Source: Pseudomonadota bacterium
Lineage (GTDB): Bacteria > Pseudomonadota > Alphaproteobacteria > Rhodobacterales > Rhodobacteraceae
DNA: 64,000 bases
NCBI GenBank assembly: GCA_036154955.1
Contig: JAYZWL010000106.1
Span: forward strand, 7,053-71,052
Direction of reading: 5' to 3'
Positions 50,973-59,049 of this stretch are shown here, in pieces (positions within the stretch are counted from its first letter, which is position 1; each line of letters starts with the position of its first letter). Below the pieces are notes generated by a model. That model was not told where the DNA came from, did no database searches, and saw only the letters and a program-made list of their open reading frames with translations. The translations under genes and the position numbers were made by a program.

Positions 50973-51614
50973 ATGGCGCGGTTGGCGACGGACAAGCGGG
51001 AAGCGGCGCTGGGCGCGGCGCTGGCGCTGTTCCGGCGCACCGGCTGGCGCGCCACCTCGACGCGGGAGCTGGAGCGCGCGCTCGACATGCGCCCGGGCAG
51101 CATCTACGCGGCCTTCGGCTCCAAGCTCGGCCTCTACCGGGAGGCGCTGGACCGCTATGCCGCGACCACGGGCGAGGAATACGACCGGGCCGTCGACGGC
51201 CGCGGCCCGCTGGCCGGGCTGGCGGAATTCGCCCGCGCGGTGGGGCGGCGCATGGCCGGGCCGCCGCAAGGGCGCGCCTGCCTGCTGGTCCGGACCCTGA
51301 TGGAATGCGCCGGCGCGGAGCCGGAGCTGAGGGCCGAGGCCGACCGCCTGCTCGCCCGCTTCGAAGCCCGGCTCGCCGCCCGGTTCGAGGCCGCCCGCGC
51401 CGAGGGCGAATTGCCGCCCGACGCCGACCCGGCCCGGCTCGCCCGCCGCATGCAGGCCCGGCTGATGGGGCTTCGCGCCTATGCCCAGCGCGAGGATTGC
51501 GGCGCGACGGTCGCTATGCGGGAGGGCGCGGGCGCCGCGGCGCAGGAGCTGGCCGAGGAACTGGCCGAAGAGATCGAGGCCATGCGCGTGGGACCTGCGG
51601 CCCCCACGACGTGA
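50973..51614 (+). CDS. TetR-family transcriptional regulator
   Basis: ATG at 50973 after GGGAGGCGGAG. HTH region AALALFRRTGWRATSTRELERALDMRPGSIYAAFGSK. Confidence 0.85.
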   Translation: MARLATDKREAALGAALALFRRTGWRATSTRELERALDMRPGSIYAAFGSKLGLYREALDRYAATTGEEYDRAVDGRGPLAGLAEFARAVGRRMAGPPQGRACLLVRTLMECAGAEPELRAEADRLLARFEARLAARFEAARAEGELPPDADPARLARRMQARLMGLRAYAQREDCGATVAMREGAGAAAQELAEELAEEIEAMRVGPAAPTT

Positions 51615-51692
51615 CGTTCCCGACCTGACGCCTCGGGCCTGAACCGCGGGCGCGCGACTCAGGCGTTTCGCGGGGGGGGCGACCGACGCGAG

Positions 51693-51713
51693 GCCCCGGA
51701 TCTGGTCCGGGGC
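51693..51713. repeat. REP-like GC hairpin, variant copy (GCCCCGGA-TCTGG-TCCGGGGC)
   Basis: 8-bp stem between the convergent tetR-like and gntR-like genes. Diverged from the main family. Confidence 0.5.
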
Positions 51714-51763
51714 GCGAACGGGGAGGGGCGCGCGACGCCGCCGCCGGCGCCTCCGGCCCGGTT

Positions 51764-52399
51764 CTATCGGTCCGCCTCGACGCTGAGCCGTTTCTCGTAG
51801 GCGCGAGAGATGTGACGCTGGGCGGCCGCGTCGGCCCCGTCCTCGTTCCGGGTCTCGATGGCCTTCACGATGGCATCGTGCTCGTCCACCGTCTCCGCCC
51901 CCCGCATCGGGTCCGACAGCGAGGTCATGGTCAGCAGCGCCATCGACCGCCGGATCCCGTCCAGCATGGTGTTGAGATAGCGGTTGTGGGAGGCGAGATG
52001 CACCTGCCGGTGAAAGCGGCGGTTGTTGTCGCGCAGCCCCTCCGGATCGCCGGTCAGGCGGCGGCTGTCCTCGACCAGCCGGCGCAGCAGCGCCTTCTCC
52101 TCCGGCGCCGCGTGGCGGGCGGCGAGACGGGCGGCCAGGCCTTCGACCACCGCGCGCACTTCGTAAAGCTCGCCCAGCTGGTTGTGGTCGAGCGAGGCCA
52201 CCACCAGTCCGCGCCGCCCGTCATGCTGCACGACGCCCTGCGTCTCCAGCCGTCCCAGCGCCTCCCGGATCGGGGTGCGGGAGACGCCGAAGCGTTCGGC
52301 CAGCTCGGTCTCCACCAGACGCGCGCCCGGCGGGTAGCGGCCGCGGTCGATGGCGTCGAGGATCAGGCTGTAGGCGTCGGTCGCGCCGTCGCGGGACAT
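51764..52399 (-). CDS. GntR-family (FadR/FCD subfamily) transcriptional regulator
   Basis: ETELAERFGVSRTPIREALGRLETQGVV winged HTH plus an FCD-like C-terminal domain. Confidence 0.9.
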   Translation of the reverse strand: MSRDGATDAYSLILDAIDRGRYPPGARLVETELAERFGVSRTPIREALGRLETQGVVQHDGRRGLVVASLDHNQLGELYEVRAVVEGLAARLAARHAAPEEKALLRRLVEDSRRLTGDPEGLRDNNRRFHRQVHLASHNRYLNTMLDGIRRSMALLTMTSLSDPMRGAETVDEHDAIVKAIETRNEDGADAAAQRHISRAYEKRLSVEADR

Positions 52400-52426
52400 G
52401 AGGACCTCCGGTTGGGCCGGGCGAGA

Positions 52427-52999
52427 TTAGCGGGCCCGGGCGAAGTCGCAAGCGCGCAGCCGGAAAAGCGCGGCGGGGCGATGGGGGTGACCTTGGGGGA
52501 AGTCGTCCAGCTCGAAATCCGCCGCGCGGTCGCGGGCCATGCCCAGCCGGGCCATGACGGCGAGCGAGGGGGCGTTGGCGGCGACGGCGAAGGCCACGAC
52601 CTCGGGCAGCCCCAGCCCGCCGTCCGCCGGGGCGGCGAACCCCCGCGCGAGGTCGGCCCGCGCCGCCTCCGTCGCATAACCCCGCCCCCAGGCGTGCCGG
52701 GCGAGCCGCCAGCCGACCTCCACGCAGGGCGTATCCGTCCCCGGCAGGGCGGAGGCGTGCAGGCCGGCGAAGCCGAGGCATTCGCCGGTCGCCTTCAGCT
52801 CCAGCGCGGGGAAGGCGGCGGGGCCGGCGAGGCGGCGCGCCTCCAGCCGGTCGATCAGGTCGTCGGCGGCGGCGCGCGACAGGGGGGCGGGGAAGAAGCG
52901 CATCACCTCCGGATCCGCGACGAGGGCGGCGAAGGCGTCGCGGTCCCGGTCCTCGAACGGGCGCAGGATCAGGCGGTCGGTCTCCAGGATCGGGGCCAT
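52427..52999 (-). CDS. GNAT-family N-acetyltransferase (RimJ/RimL-like)
   Basis: LETDRLILRPFEDRDRDAFAALVADPEVMRF is a typical N-terminus of this GNAT subgroup. Confidence 0.85.
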   Translation of the reverse strand: MAPILETDRLILRPFEDRDRDAFAALVADPEVMRFFPAPLSRAAADDLIDRLEARRLAGPAAFPALELKATGECLGFAGLHASALPGTDTPCVEVGWRLARHAWGRGYATEAARADLARGFAAPADGGLGLPEVVAFAVAANAPSLAVMARLGMARDRAADFELDDFPQGHPHRPAALFRLRACDFARAR

Positions 53000-53008
53000 G
53001 GCGCGGGG

Positions 53009-53623
53009 TCAGAGCCGGGACATCAGGTCGTCGGCCAGCGCCTCGGCCTCCGTCGCGGCGCGGGAGCGGGGCGAGACCTCGGCCGCCGCGCGCCCCTGCA
53101 GGAAGGCGGTGGAATAGGCCACCCGGTTGCCCAGCGCGGTGGGGGCGATGTCGGCCCCCGACTCCGCCAGCATCCGCAGCGTGTCCTCCATCGCGCCGCC
53201 GCGGGGCGGCACGCGGTTGAGCACGATGACGCCGCGGGTCTTCTCCTTCGCGCACATCTCCAGCGTCGCGCCGGTGGCCCAGGCGTCCATGGGCGAGGGC
53301 TGGCAGGGGATCACCACCAGGTCGGCCTGCCGCACCGCGGCGCGCAGCAGGATGTCGGCGTTGCCCGGGCAGTCGACCAGCACATGGCTCGCCGCCTTCG
53401 CCGCCTTGCGCAGGGCGCTGCCGGCCTGCCAGTCGGGGACGGCGTCGACGGGGATTTCGGGGTCGTTGCGGATCGCGGCCCAGCGGGTCAGGCTGCGCTG
53501 CGGGTCGAGGTCCACCAGCGCCAGCGTGCAGCCCCGCGCCGCCAGCGCCACCGCGGTCTGCACCAGCAGCGTGGTCTTGCCGGCCCCGCCCTTCTGCTGC
53601 GCGAACACCACGATCTTGGCCAT
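53009..53623 (-). CDS. Small ParA/MinD-type ATPase (orphan)
   Basis: ATG at 53623 after GGAGGGGA. Deviant Walker A QQKGGAGKTT. About 204 aa. The upstream extension of ORF 53009..54475 is rejected. Confidence 0.85.
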   Translation of the reverse strand: MAKIVVFAQQKGGAGKTTLLVQTAVALAARGCTLALVDLDPQRSLTRWAAIRNDPEIPVDAVPDWQAGSALRKAAKAASHVLVDCPGNADILLRAAVRQADLVVIPCQPSPMDAWATGATLEMCAKEKTRGVIVLNRVPPRGGAMEDTLRMLAESGADIAPTALGNRVAYSTAFLQGRAAAEVSPRSRAATEAEALADDLMSRL

Positions 53624-53800
53624 CCGGTCCCCTCCGCCTGCGAGCCCCGGGGGCCAAAGAAGCGCGTTTCCCCAACGCGCACAAGTCCGCGGGACGGGGC
53701 GGCGGGGTTTCTGCGCGGGGCGTGCGAAAGCGCTTGGCGGCGGGCGGGCGGGGGCGCTAGCCTTCGGCCCGTCACGAGGGGGCGGATACGGGGAACCGGG

Positions 53801-54367
53801 ATGAGACGAGGACTTTCGGCGGCGCTTCTGGCGCTGGGCGCGGGGCTGGCGGGGGCGGCGGAGGCGCAGGTGCTGACCCGGGCCGATCCGCAGCCCGAGG
53901 GGCTGAAGCCCGGGCTGGAGGTGCGCTATGTCTACCCGCCCGACGTCCGCTTCCTCAACCAGATCGACGGGCTGAAGGGCAACGCCCGGCTCGGCCCGCC
54001 GCTGATCGGCTTCGACTATCCCGACACGGTCCCGGGCGAGAAGGCGCTGACCTCGGATGCGGCCGAGAAAGTGGCTGCGTTCATAAAGGGTTACATCCAT
54101 TTCGACCGGCCCGGGAAATGGAAGATCCGGCTGCAGTCCAACGACGGCGTGCGCCTGAACGTGGGCGGCGAGACGGTCTACGAGCATGACGGCCGCCACG
54201 CCTGCATGACCATGGGCTGGAAGGCGGAATACGAGGTGCCGGAGGCGGGCTGGTACGAACTGGAGGCGACCTGGTTCCAGCGCTATTCGTCGTCGTGCCT
54301 GCTGATGGAATGGGCCGGTCCGGGCGAGGAGTTCGACTGGACCCCCAACGAGGCTTTCGGCTACTGA
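53801..54367 (+). CDS. Secreted stand-alone PA14-domain protein
   Basis: ATG at 53801 inside the long artefactual ORF 51812..54367. Signal peptide ...GLAGAAEAQ. GLKPGLEVRYVY...FIKGYIHFDRPGKWKIRLQSNDGVRLNVGGETVYEHDG...LLMEW fits the PA14 fold pattern. Confidence 0.75.
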   Translation: MRRGLSAALLALGAGLAGAAEAQVLTRADPQPEGLKPGLEVRYVYPPDVRFLNQIDGLKGNARLGPPLIGFDYPDTVPGEKALTSDAAEKVAAFIKGYIHFDRPGKWKIRLQSNDGVRLNVGGETVYEHDGRHACMTMGWKAEYEVPEAGWYELEATWFQRYSSSCLLMEWAGPGEEFDWTPNEAFGY

Positions 54368-54558
54368 GCCGCGCCGAGACGCGGCGGGGAGGGGGCGGCG
54401 CGCGAGGGGAGCGGGAGGCCGGTTTCGGCCTGTCACCCCCGTGCACCGTGCGTGCACCGCGCGTATGCCTACCATTCGAGTCAGGTTTTAACCGGATCGG
54501 AAGGGTTTTCCGGCAGGTTTCCCGTCGGGCGCCGGGGGCGGGCCGGGAGGCGCGGCGG

Positions 54559-54951
54559 ATGACGAACGACGAACGGGACTGGTACGATCCGGACTTCGAC
54601 GGGGCGTCCTACGACCTGAACGGCCCGGTGGATCGGGCGATGAAGCTGACCGAAAAGGGCCTGTTCCAGGAGGCGCAGGACGAGCTGGTCCGGGGCGAGC
54701 GCGACATGAAGCGCTGGGCGGCTTGGAAGGAGTTCGACGCCCGCGAGCGCGCGATCCGCGACGTGCTGCTGCGCGCCTGGCGGGAGACCACGAGCAAGGT
54801 CGAAGTCCGCCCCAGACAGACCCGCGTGACCCTGCGGCTCGACGAGGACGTGGCGAAATGGTTCCGCAAGCTGGGCCCGGGTTATGGGCGGCGGGTGAAT
54901 GCGGTGCTGCGGGACTATGCGATGACGGAGGGGTTTCGGGGGCGGCGGTGA
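54559..54951 (+). CDS. BrnA-like antitoxin / DUF4415 protein (no adjacent toxin)
   Basis: The C-terminal RVTLRLDEDVAKWFRKLGPGYGRRVNAVLRDYAM matches the BrnA/DUF4415 signature (...LRLD.DV..WF...G.GYQTRIN.VLR.Y). Confidence 0.65.
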   Translation: MTNDERDWYDPDFDGASYDLNGPVDRAMKLTEKGLFQEAQDELVRGERDMKRWAAWKEFDARERAIRDVLLRAWRETTSKVEVRPRQTRVTLRLDEDVAKWFRKLGPGYGRRVNAVLRDYAMTEGFRGRR

Positions 54952-54986
54952 AGGGCGCGGCGGAGAGACCTCGCGGCGCCATCACG

Positions 54987-55490
54987 TCATCCGCTCTTGC
55001 AGAGCAGATGCCCTTCCGCGTCATAGTGCGTCCCTTCGGCCCGCAAGCGCAGTTCGAGGTTGTCGCCGCTCGCGGACCATTGGCAATCGAGGCAGCTGTA
55101 TCGTTTGCAGATCTCCCTCCAGAGCGACGTTTCATCCGAGCCCGAAATACTCTGCTCAATCCAGAGGCGCTTCACCTCTTCGGTCAGCGCGACGACGCTG
55201 AAGCTCCGCTTGTCGTCCATGGCGTTGAGATTGATCAGCGCGGACAGCGTGCTCTCGGAATCGATGTAAGGTGCGAAGGCCGAGTCCTTATCGGAAGGCT
55301 GATAGAAAATCACGGCCAGCGCGACGGCCACCACCGCGACGATGACTGCCAAGGCTACCCAGATTCCGTGCTCCTTCATGATGGAGATCGGCTTGAACCC
55401 GAACTGCCGAAGCACAATCAGAAGCACGATCAGCGCCAGGCCGACGATGCCGAAAGGTTGGAGTTCCTTGAGCAGGTCAGGCGTGATCAT
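54987..55490 (-). CDS. Hypothetical two-TM membrane protein with a Cys-containing C-terminal domain (low-G+C cassette, gene 2)
   Basis: ATG at 55490 overlaps the upstream stop (ATGA). TM helices FGIVGLALIVLLIVL and IWVALAVIVAVVAVALAVIF. C-terminal CKRYSCLDC...C. No family recognised. Confidence 0.55.
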   Translation of the reverse strand: MITPDLLKELQPFGIVGLALIVLLIVLRQFGFKPISIMKEHGIWVALAVIVAVVAVALAVIFYQPSDKDSAFAPYIDSESTLSALINLNAMDDKRSFSVVALTEEVKRLWIEQSISGSDETSLWREICKRYSCLDCQWSASGDNLELRLRAEGTHYDAEGHLLCKSG

Positions 55491-56152
55491 TGTCCGCCTC
55501 CGCACACGAAGCCGGCCGGCGACCACCATGTCTTGTAGAACAGCCGGACATCATCAAGTTGCGGAAGGGGCTCGGCCTCGATGCAGCCGCCGGTGACGGT
55601 GAAGGGACCAATCGTTTCAACCTCGCCGTCGCGGGATAGGAAAGCGTCGCGCAAGATTGTTGCATCGAAATCCGAAGTCAGCGCGCTCGACACCGCTTCG
55701 ACGATAGCTTGTTCCGAGCCGAGGCCGTCGATTCCGCGGTCGAAAGTCTCTGCGAGCGGCTTGCTCGCCGCATTCGCGCCGAAGGCGCCCACCGAAAGCC
55801 CCACCAGCAGCTTTGTCATGAAAGCGTCTGGGCTCAGCGCCGCCCACTGCTCCGGCAGCAAGGACTCGCCAATGTATTCGAAGCGAAAGGCCTTAAAACC
55901 CGAGGATCCTACGTATTCTTGGAAGCTCTCGGAGATAGGCCCAGTCAATTCTCGGTTGAATTCATTGTATTCAATATTGCAGATGCGCCGGTTTTCAGCA
56001 AGTGAGCAGTCGCCGCTGCCGGAAGCCTTGGCCGAATGCTTCTTGCAGGCGCATTCGTTTTTTGCTTCTGCGATTTCTGCGATGGAGGCCGCGGACAAGG
56101 CGACGAGAACAATCCTCAGCCCGCAGCGAGCGCCCCGCATGGTTACAACCAT
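55487..56152 (-). CDS. Hypothetical secreted Cys-containing protein (low-G+C cassette, gene 1)
   Basis: Start at ATG 56152 or 56140. Signal peptide MRGARCGLRIVLVALSAASIAEIAEA, then KNECACKKHS...GDCSLAENRRIC.... No family recognised. Confidence 0.55.
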   Translation of the reverse strand: MVVTMRGARCGLRIVLVALSAASIAEIAEAKNECACKKHSAKASGSGDCSLAENRRICNIEYNEFNRELTGPISESFQEYVGSSGFKAFRFEYIGESLLPEQWAALSPDAFMTKLLVGLSVGAFGANAASKPLAETFDRGIDGLGSEQAIVEAVSSALTSDFDATILRDAFLSRDGEVETIGPFTVTGGCIEAEPLPQLDDVRLFYKTWWSPAGFVCGGGQ

Positions 56153-56301
56153 TCCGCCCCCCAGAAAATGACGTTCGCTCGATTGCAGTCGCTCTAGCGC
56201 AGACCCCCACAATCAATCAAATTTAAGACGTTATGTTATCATGGGGAGAAGCGCCCGAGAAGCGTGATCGGGCCGCCCCCGTAGTTGTCAGGAGAAGGGG
56301 G

Positions 56302-57663
56302 TCACACCGCCTCCCCCCACAGATCATGCTCCTCGGCGCCCGTCACCTCGACCTCGACGACGTCGCCGACCTTCAGGCCCTCGCCCTCCACAAAGATCCG
56401 GCCGTCGATCTCCGGGGCGTCCGCGATGGTGCGGCCGGTGGCCTCGTCCTCTTCGACTTCGTCGAGGATCGCCCAGGTCCGCGTCCCCACCTTCGCCGCC
56501 AGCTTCTCGGCGGAGATGCGGGCGGAGACCTCCATGAACCGGGCGTGGCGCTCGGCGGCGACCTCGGGGTCGACATGGTCGGGGAGGGCGTTGGCGGGGG
56601 CGCCCTCGACATTCTCGTAGACGAAGCAGCCGACGCGATCGAGCCGCGCCTCCTCCAGCCAGCCGAGCAGATGCTCGAACTCGGCCTCGGTCTCGCCGGG
56701 GAAGCCGACGATGAAGGTGGAGCGGATCGCGATGTCGGGGTTGATGCCGCGCCAGGTCCGGATCCGCTCCAGCGTGTTCTCCGACGCCGCGGGGCGGGCC
56801 ATGCGGCGCAGCACGTCGGGATGCGAGTGCTGGAAGGGGATGTCGAGATAGGGCAGCAGGCCGGCGGGGCGGGAGGCCGGGCTCATCAGCGGAATGAGGT
56901 CGTCCACCTGCTTGTAGGGATAGACGTAGTGCAGCCGGGTCCAGAGACCGAGCGAGGCCAGCCCCTCGGCCAGGTCCTTGATATGGGCGCGCCGCGCCTC
57001 CCCCCGCCACTCGCCGGGCGCGTGGCGGATGTCGCGGCCGTAGGCGGAAGTGTCCTGCGAGATCACCAGCAGCTCGCGCACCCCGGCCTCGGCCAGCTTC
57101 TCCGCCTCGCGCAATACGGCGCGGACCGGGCGGGAGGCGAGCTTTCCGCGCAGCTGGGGGATGATGCAGAAGGCGCATTTGTGGTTGCAGCCCTCGGAGA
57201 TCTTCAGCCAGGCGTAATGGCGCGGCGTCAGGCGCAGGCCCTGCGGGGGCAGCAGGTCGAGGAACGGCTCGTGCGGGCGCGGGTTGGCGTCGTGGACCGC
57301 GGAGAGCACCTGCTCATACTGGTGCGGGCCGGTGACGGCGAGCACCTTGGGATGCGCCTCGCGGATCGAGGCCTCGTCGGCGCCCATGCAGCCGGTCACG
57401 ATGACGCGCCCGTTCTCGGCCAGCGCCTCGCCGATGGCGTCAAGCGATTCGGCGCGGGCGGAGTCGAGGAAGCCGCAGGTGTTGACGATCACCGCGTCGG
57501 CGCCGGCGTAATCCGGCGAGATTGTATAGCCTTCGGCGCGCAACCGGGTCAGGATGCGCTCGCTGTCCACGAGGGCCTTGGGGCAGCCGAGCGATACCAT
57601 GCCCACGGAGGGCGGGCGCAGGCCGGGCGTTCGGGGCGGAGTCGCGGCGGTTTCGTCGGTCAT
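56302..57663 (-). CDS. rimO: Ribosomal protein S12 methylthiotransferase
   Basis: [12 protein letters not shown], radical-SAM CNHKCAFC and a C-terminal TRAM domain. The start may instead be the internal ATG at 57600. Confidence 0.93.
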   Translation of the reverse strand: MTDETAATPPRTPGLRPPSVGMVSLGCPKALVDSERILTRLRAEGYTISPDYAGADAVIVNTCGFLDSARAESLDAIGEALAENGRVIVTGCMGADEASIREAHPKVLAVTGPHQYEQVLSAVHDANPRPHEPFLDLLPPQGLRLTPRHYAWLKISEGCNHKCAFCIIPQLRGKLASRPVRAVLREAEKLAEAGVRELLVISQDTSAYGRDIRHAPGEWRGEARRAHIKDLAEGLASLGLWTRLHYVYPYKQVDDLIPLMSPASRPAGLLPYLDIPFQHSHPDVLRRMARPAASENTLERIRTWRGINPDIAIRSTFIVGFPGETEAEFEHLLGWLEEARLDRVGCFVYENVEGAPANALPDHVDPEVAAERHARFMEVSARISAEKLAAKVGTRTWAILDEVEEDEATGRTIADAPEIDGRIFVEGEGLKVGDVVEVEVTGAEEHDLWGEAV

Positions 57664-57870
57664 GCGGCGCGTTTAGCGCCGTTCACCCCGCGCGGGAAGG
57701 GGTTTCGGGGCGTCGAGATGCCGGAAGCGTAAAGGAATCCTGAATGGTCAGGGTTTCCATAGGTCCGGAACTCTGCTAGAAAATCCGGGAGTGTGGGATA
57801 GCGGCGTGACTCGCAGGTCCTGCTTGGGGAACCGGAGCGACTTGTCGCTAAATACGAAACGGAGCTTGAG

Positions 57871-58722
57871 ATGCGGGGTCTTAAGACAATTTTGGCGGGA
57901 GCCGGCGTGACGGCTGTCGCTGCCATCGCCTCCACGAACGCAGCGAACGCGCTGGCGAGCTACTCGTCGACGGTCGGAATCGACGTCATCGCGTCGTCGG
58001 AGAGCTATGAAAAAGGCTGGTCGCCGGTGAAGCCCTTCTCGGGCACCAGCACCTCCACCTATGCGCAGAGCGGCCAGTTTTCGGCCGGCACCGAGACGGT
58101 GCTGCAGGACTTCGGCACGACCACTCACAGCTATGTGGGCGTGAACTCGTTCGCCAAGCTCTATGAGAACACGACGCCGCGCACGCTGATCGACTCCTCC
58201 AAGACCCTGTCCGGGTCGGCCGACTCCGTCGGCGGCGAGGTGTCGGGGGTCGAGACCACCAACGGCGTGGCCGCTTCGCCCTGGCGCACCGGCTTCTACT
58301 TCTACAACAAGAACTCGGCCGCCGCGGATATCGAGTTCACCACCGAGGTGACGCTCGATCTGCTGACCGCCATCGACGACTCGATGAGCGAGAGCGCGAT
58401 GGCGTCGGGGTCGGTCTACGCGACCCTGCAGATCTTCACCTCCTCGGGCGTGAGCACCACGGTGCCGCTGACGCAGTTCGACCTGTCGGGCTCGGTGTCC
58501 GACGGCGACACCGACTCGCTGTCCACCGGGGCGCAGCTGCTGACCTTCACGCTGCCGGCCAAGGTGTCCACCTTCTCGCCCTACGCGATCGTGAACTTCT
58601 ACGCGACCATGGGCGGCGCCGCCTCCTCGGTTCCGGTTCCGGCCGCGCTTCCGATGCTGGGCTTCGCGCTGGGCGGCCTCGGCCTGGTGGCCCGTCGTCG
58701 GGCCAAGAAGACCAACGCCTGA
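57871..58722 (+). CDS. Secreted Ser/Thr-rich protein with C-terminal VPLPA-CTERM-type sorting signal
   Basis: GGAG upstream of the ATG. Signal peptide ...ASTNAANA. C-terminus SVPVPAALPMLGFALGGLGLVARRRAKKTNA. Confidence 0.75.
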   Translation: MRGLKTILAGAGVTAVAAIASTNAANALASYSSTVGIDVIASSESYEKGWSPVKPFSGTSTSTYAQSGQFSAGTETVLQDFGTTTHSYVGVNSFAKLYENTTPRTLIDSSKTLSGSADSVGGEVSGVETTNGVAASPWRTGFYFYNKNSAAADIEFTTEVTLDLLTAIDDSMSESAMASGSVYATLQIFTSSGVSTTVPLTQFDLSGSVSDGDTDSLSTGAQLLTFTLPAKVSTFSPYAIVNFYATMGGAASSVPVPAALPMLGFALGGLGLVARRRAKKTNA

Positions 58723-58756
58723 TACATCCCTCGCCCAACGGCGACGGAAGATCAGC

Positions 58757-58788
58757 GGGCCGCCCCTCGGGGCGGCCCGTTTGCGTTT
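58757..58788 (+). terminator. Rho-independent terminator
   Basis: GGGCCGCCC-CTCG-GGGCGGCCC followed by GTTTGCGTTT. Confidence 0.8.
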
Positions 58789-59049
58789 GGCGCCCCCCAG
58801 GCGCCGGGGCGGCTTGACGAAACCTGACGGACGCGGGAGCGTGCCTCCCGCCGCCGCGGCGCCGGTCCGCCGGCTCCGGCGAGACGTCCGCCGGCAGCGA
58901 CGCCGCGCCGGCCCGGATCCGAACTTCCATGACGGCCCCAGGGCCTCGCAGCGCCCCAGGTCACCCGACCGCAGTCGAACCGCAGGGCGGAACGCGAATT
59001 CCGCCCGATTTCGCTCGCCTTACGCGGGCGGAGAGAGTAAGGACACCTT

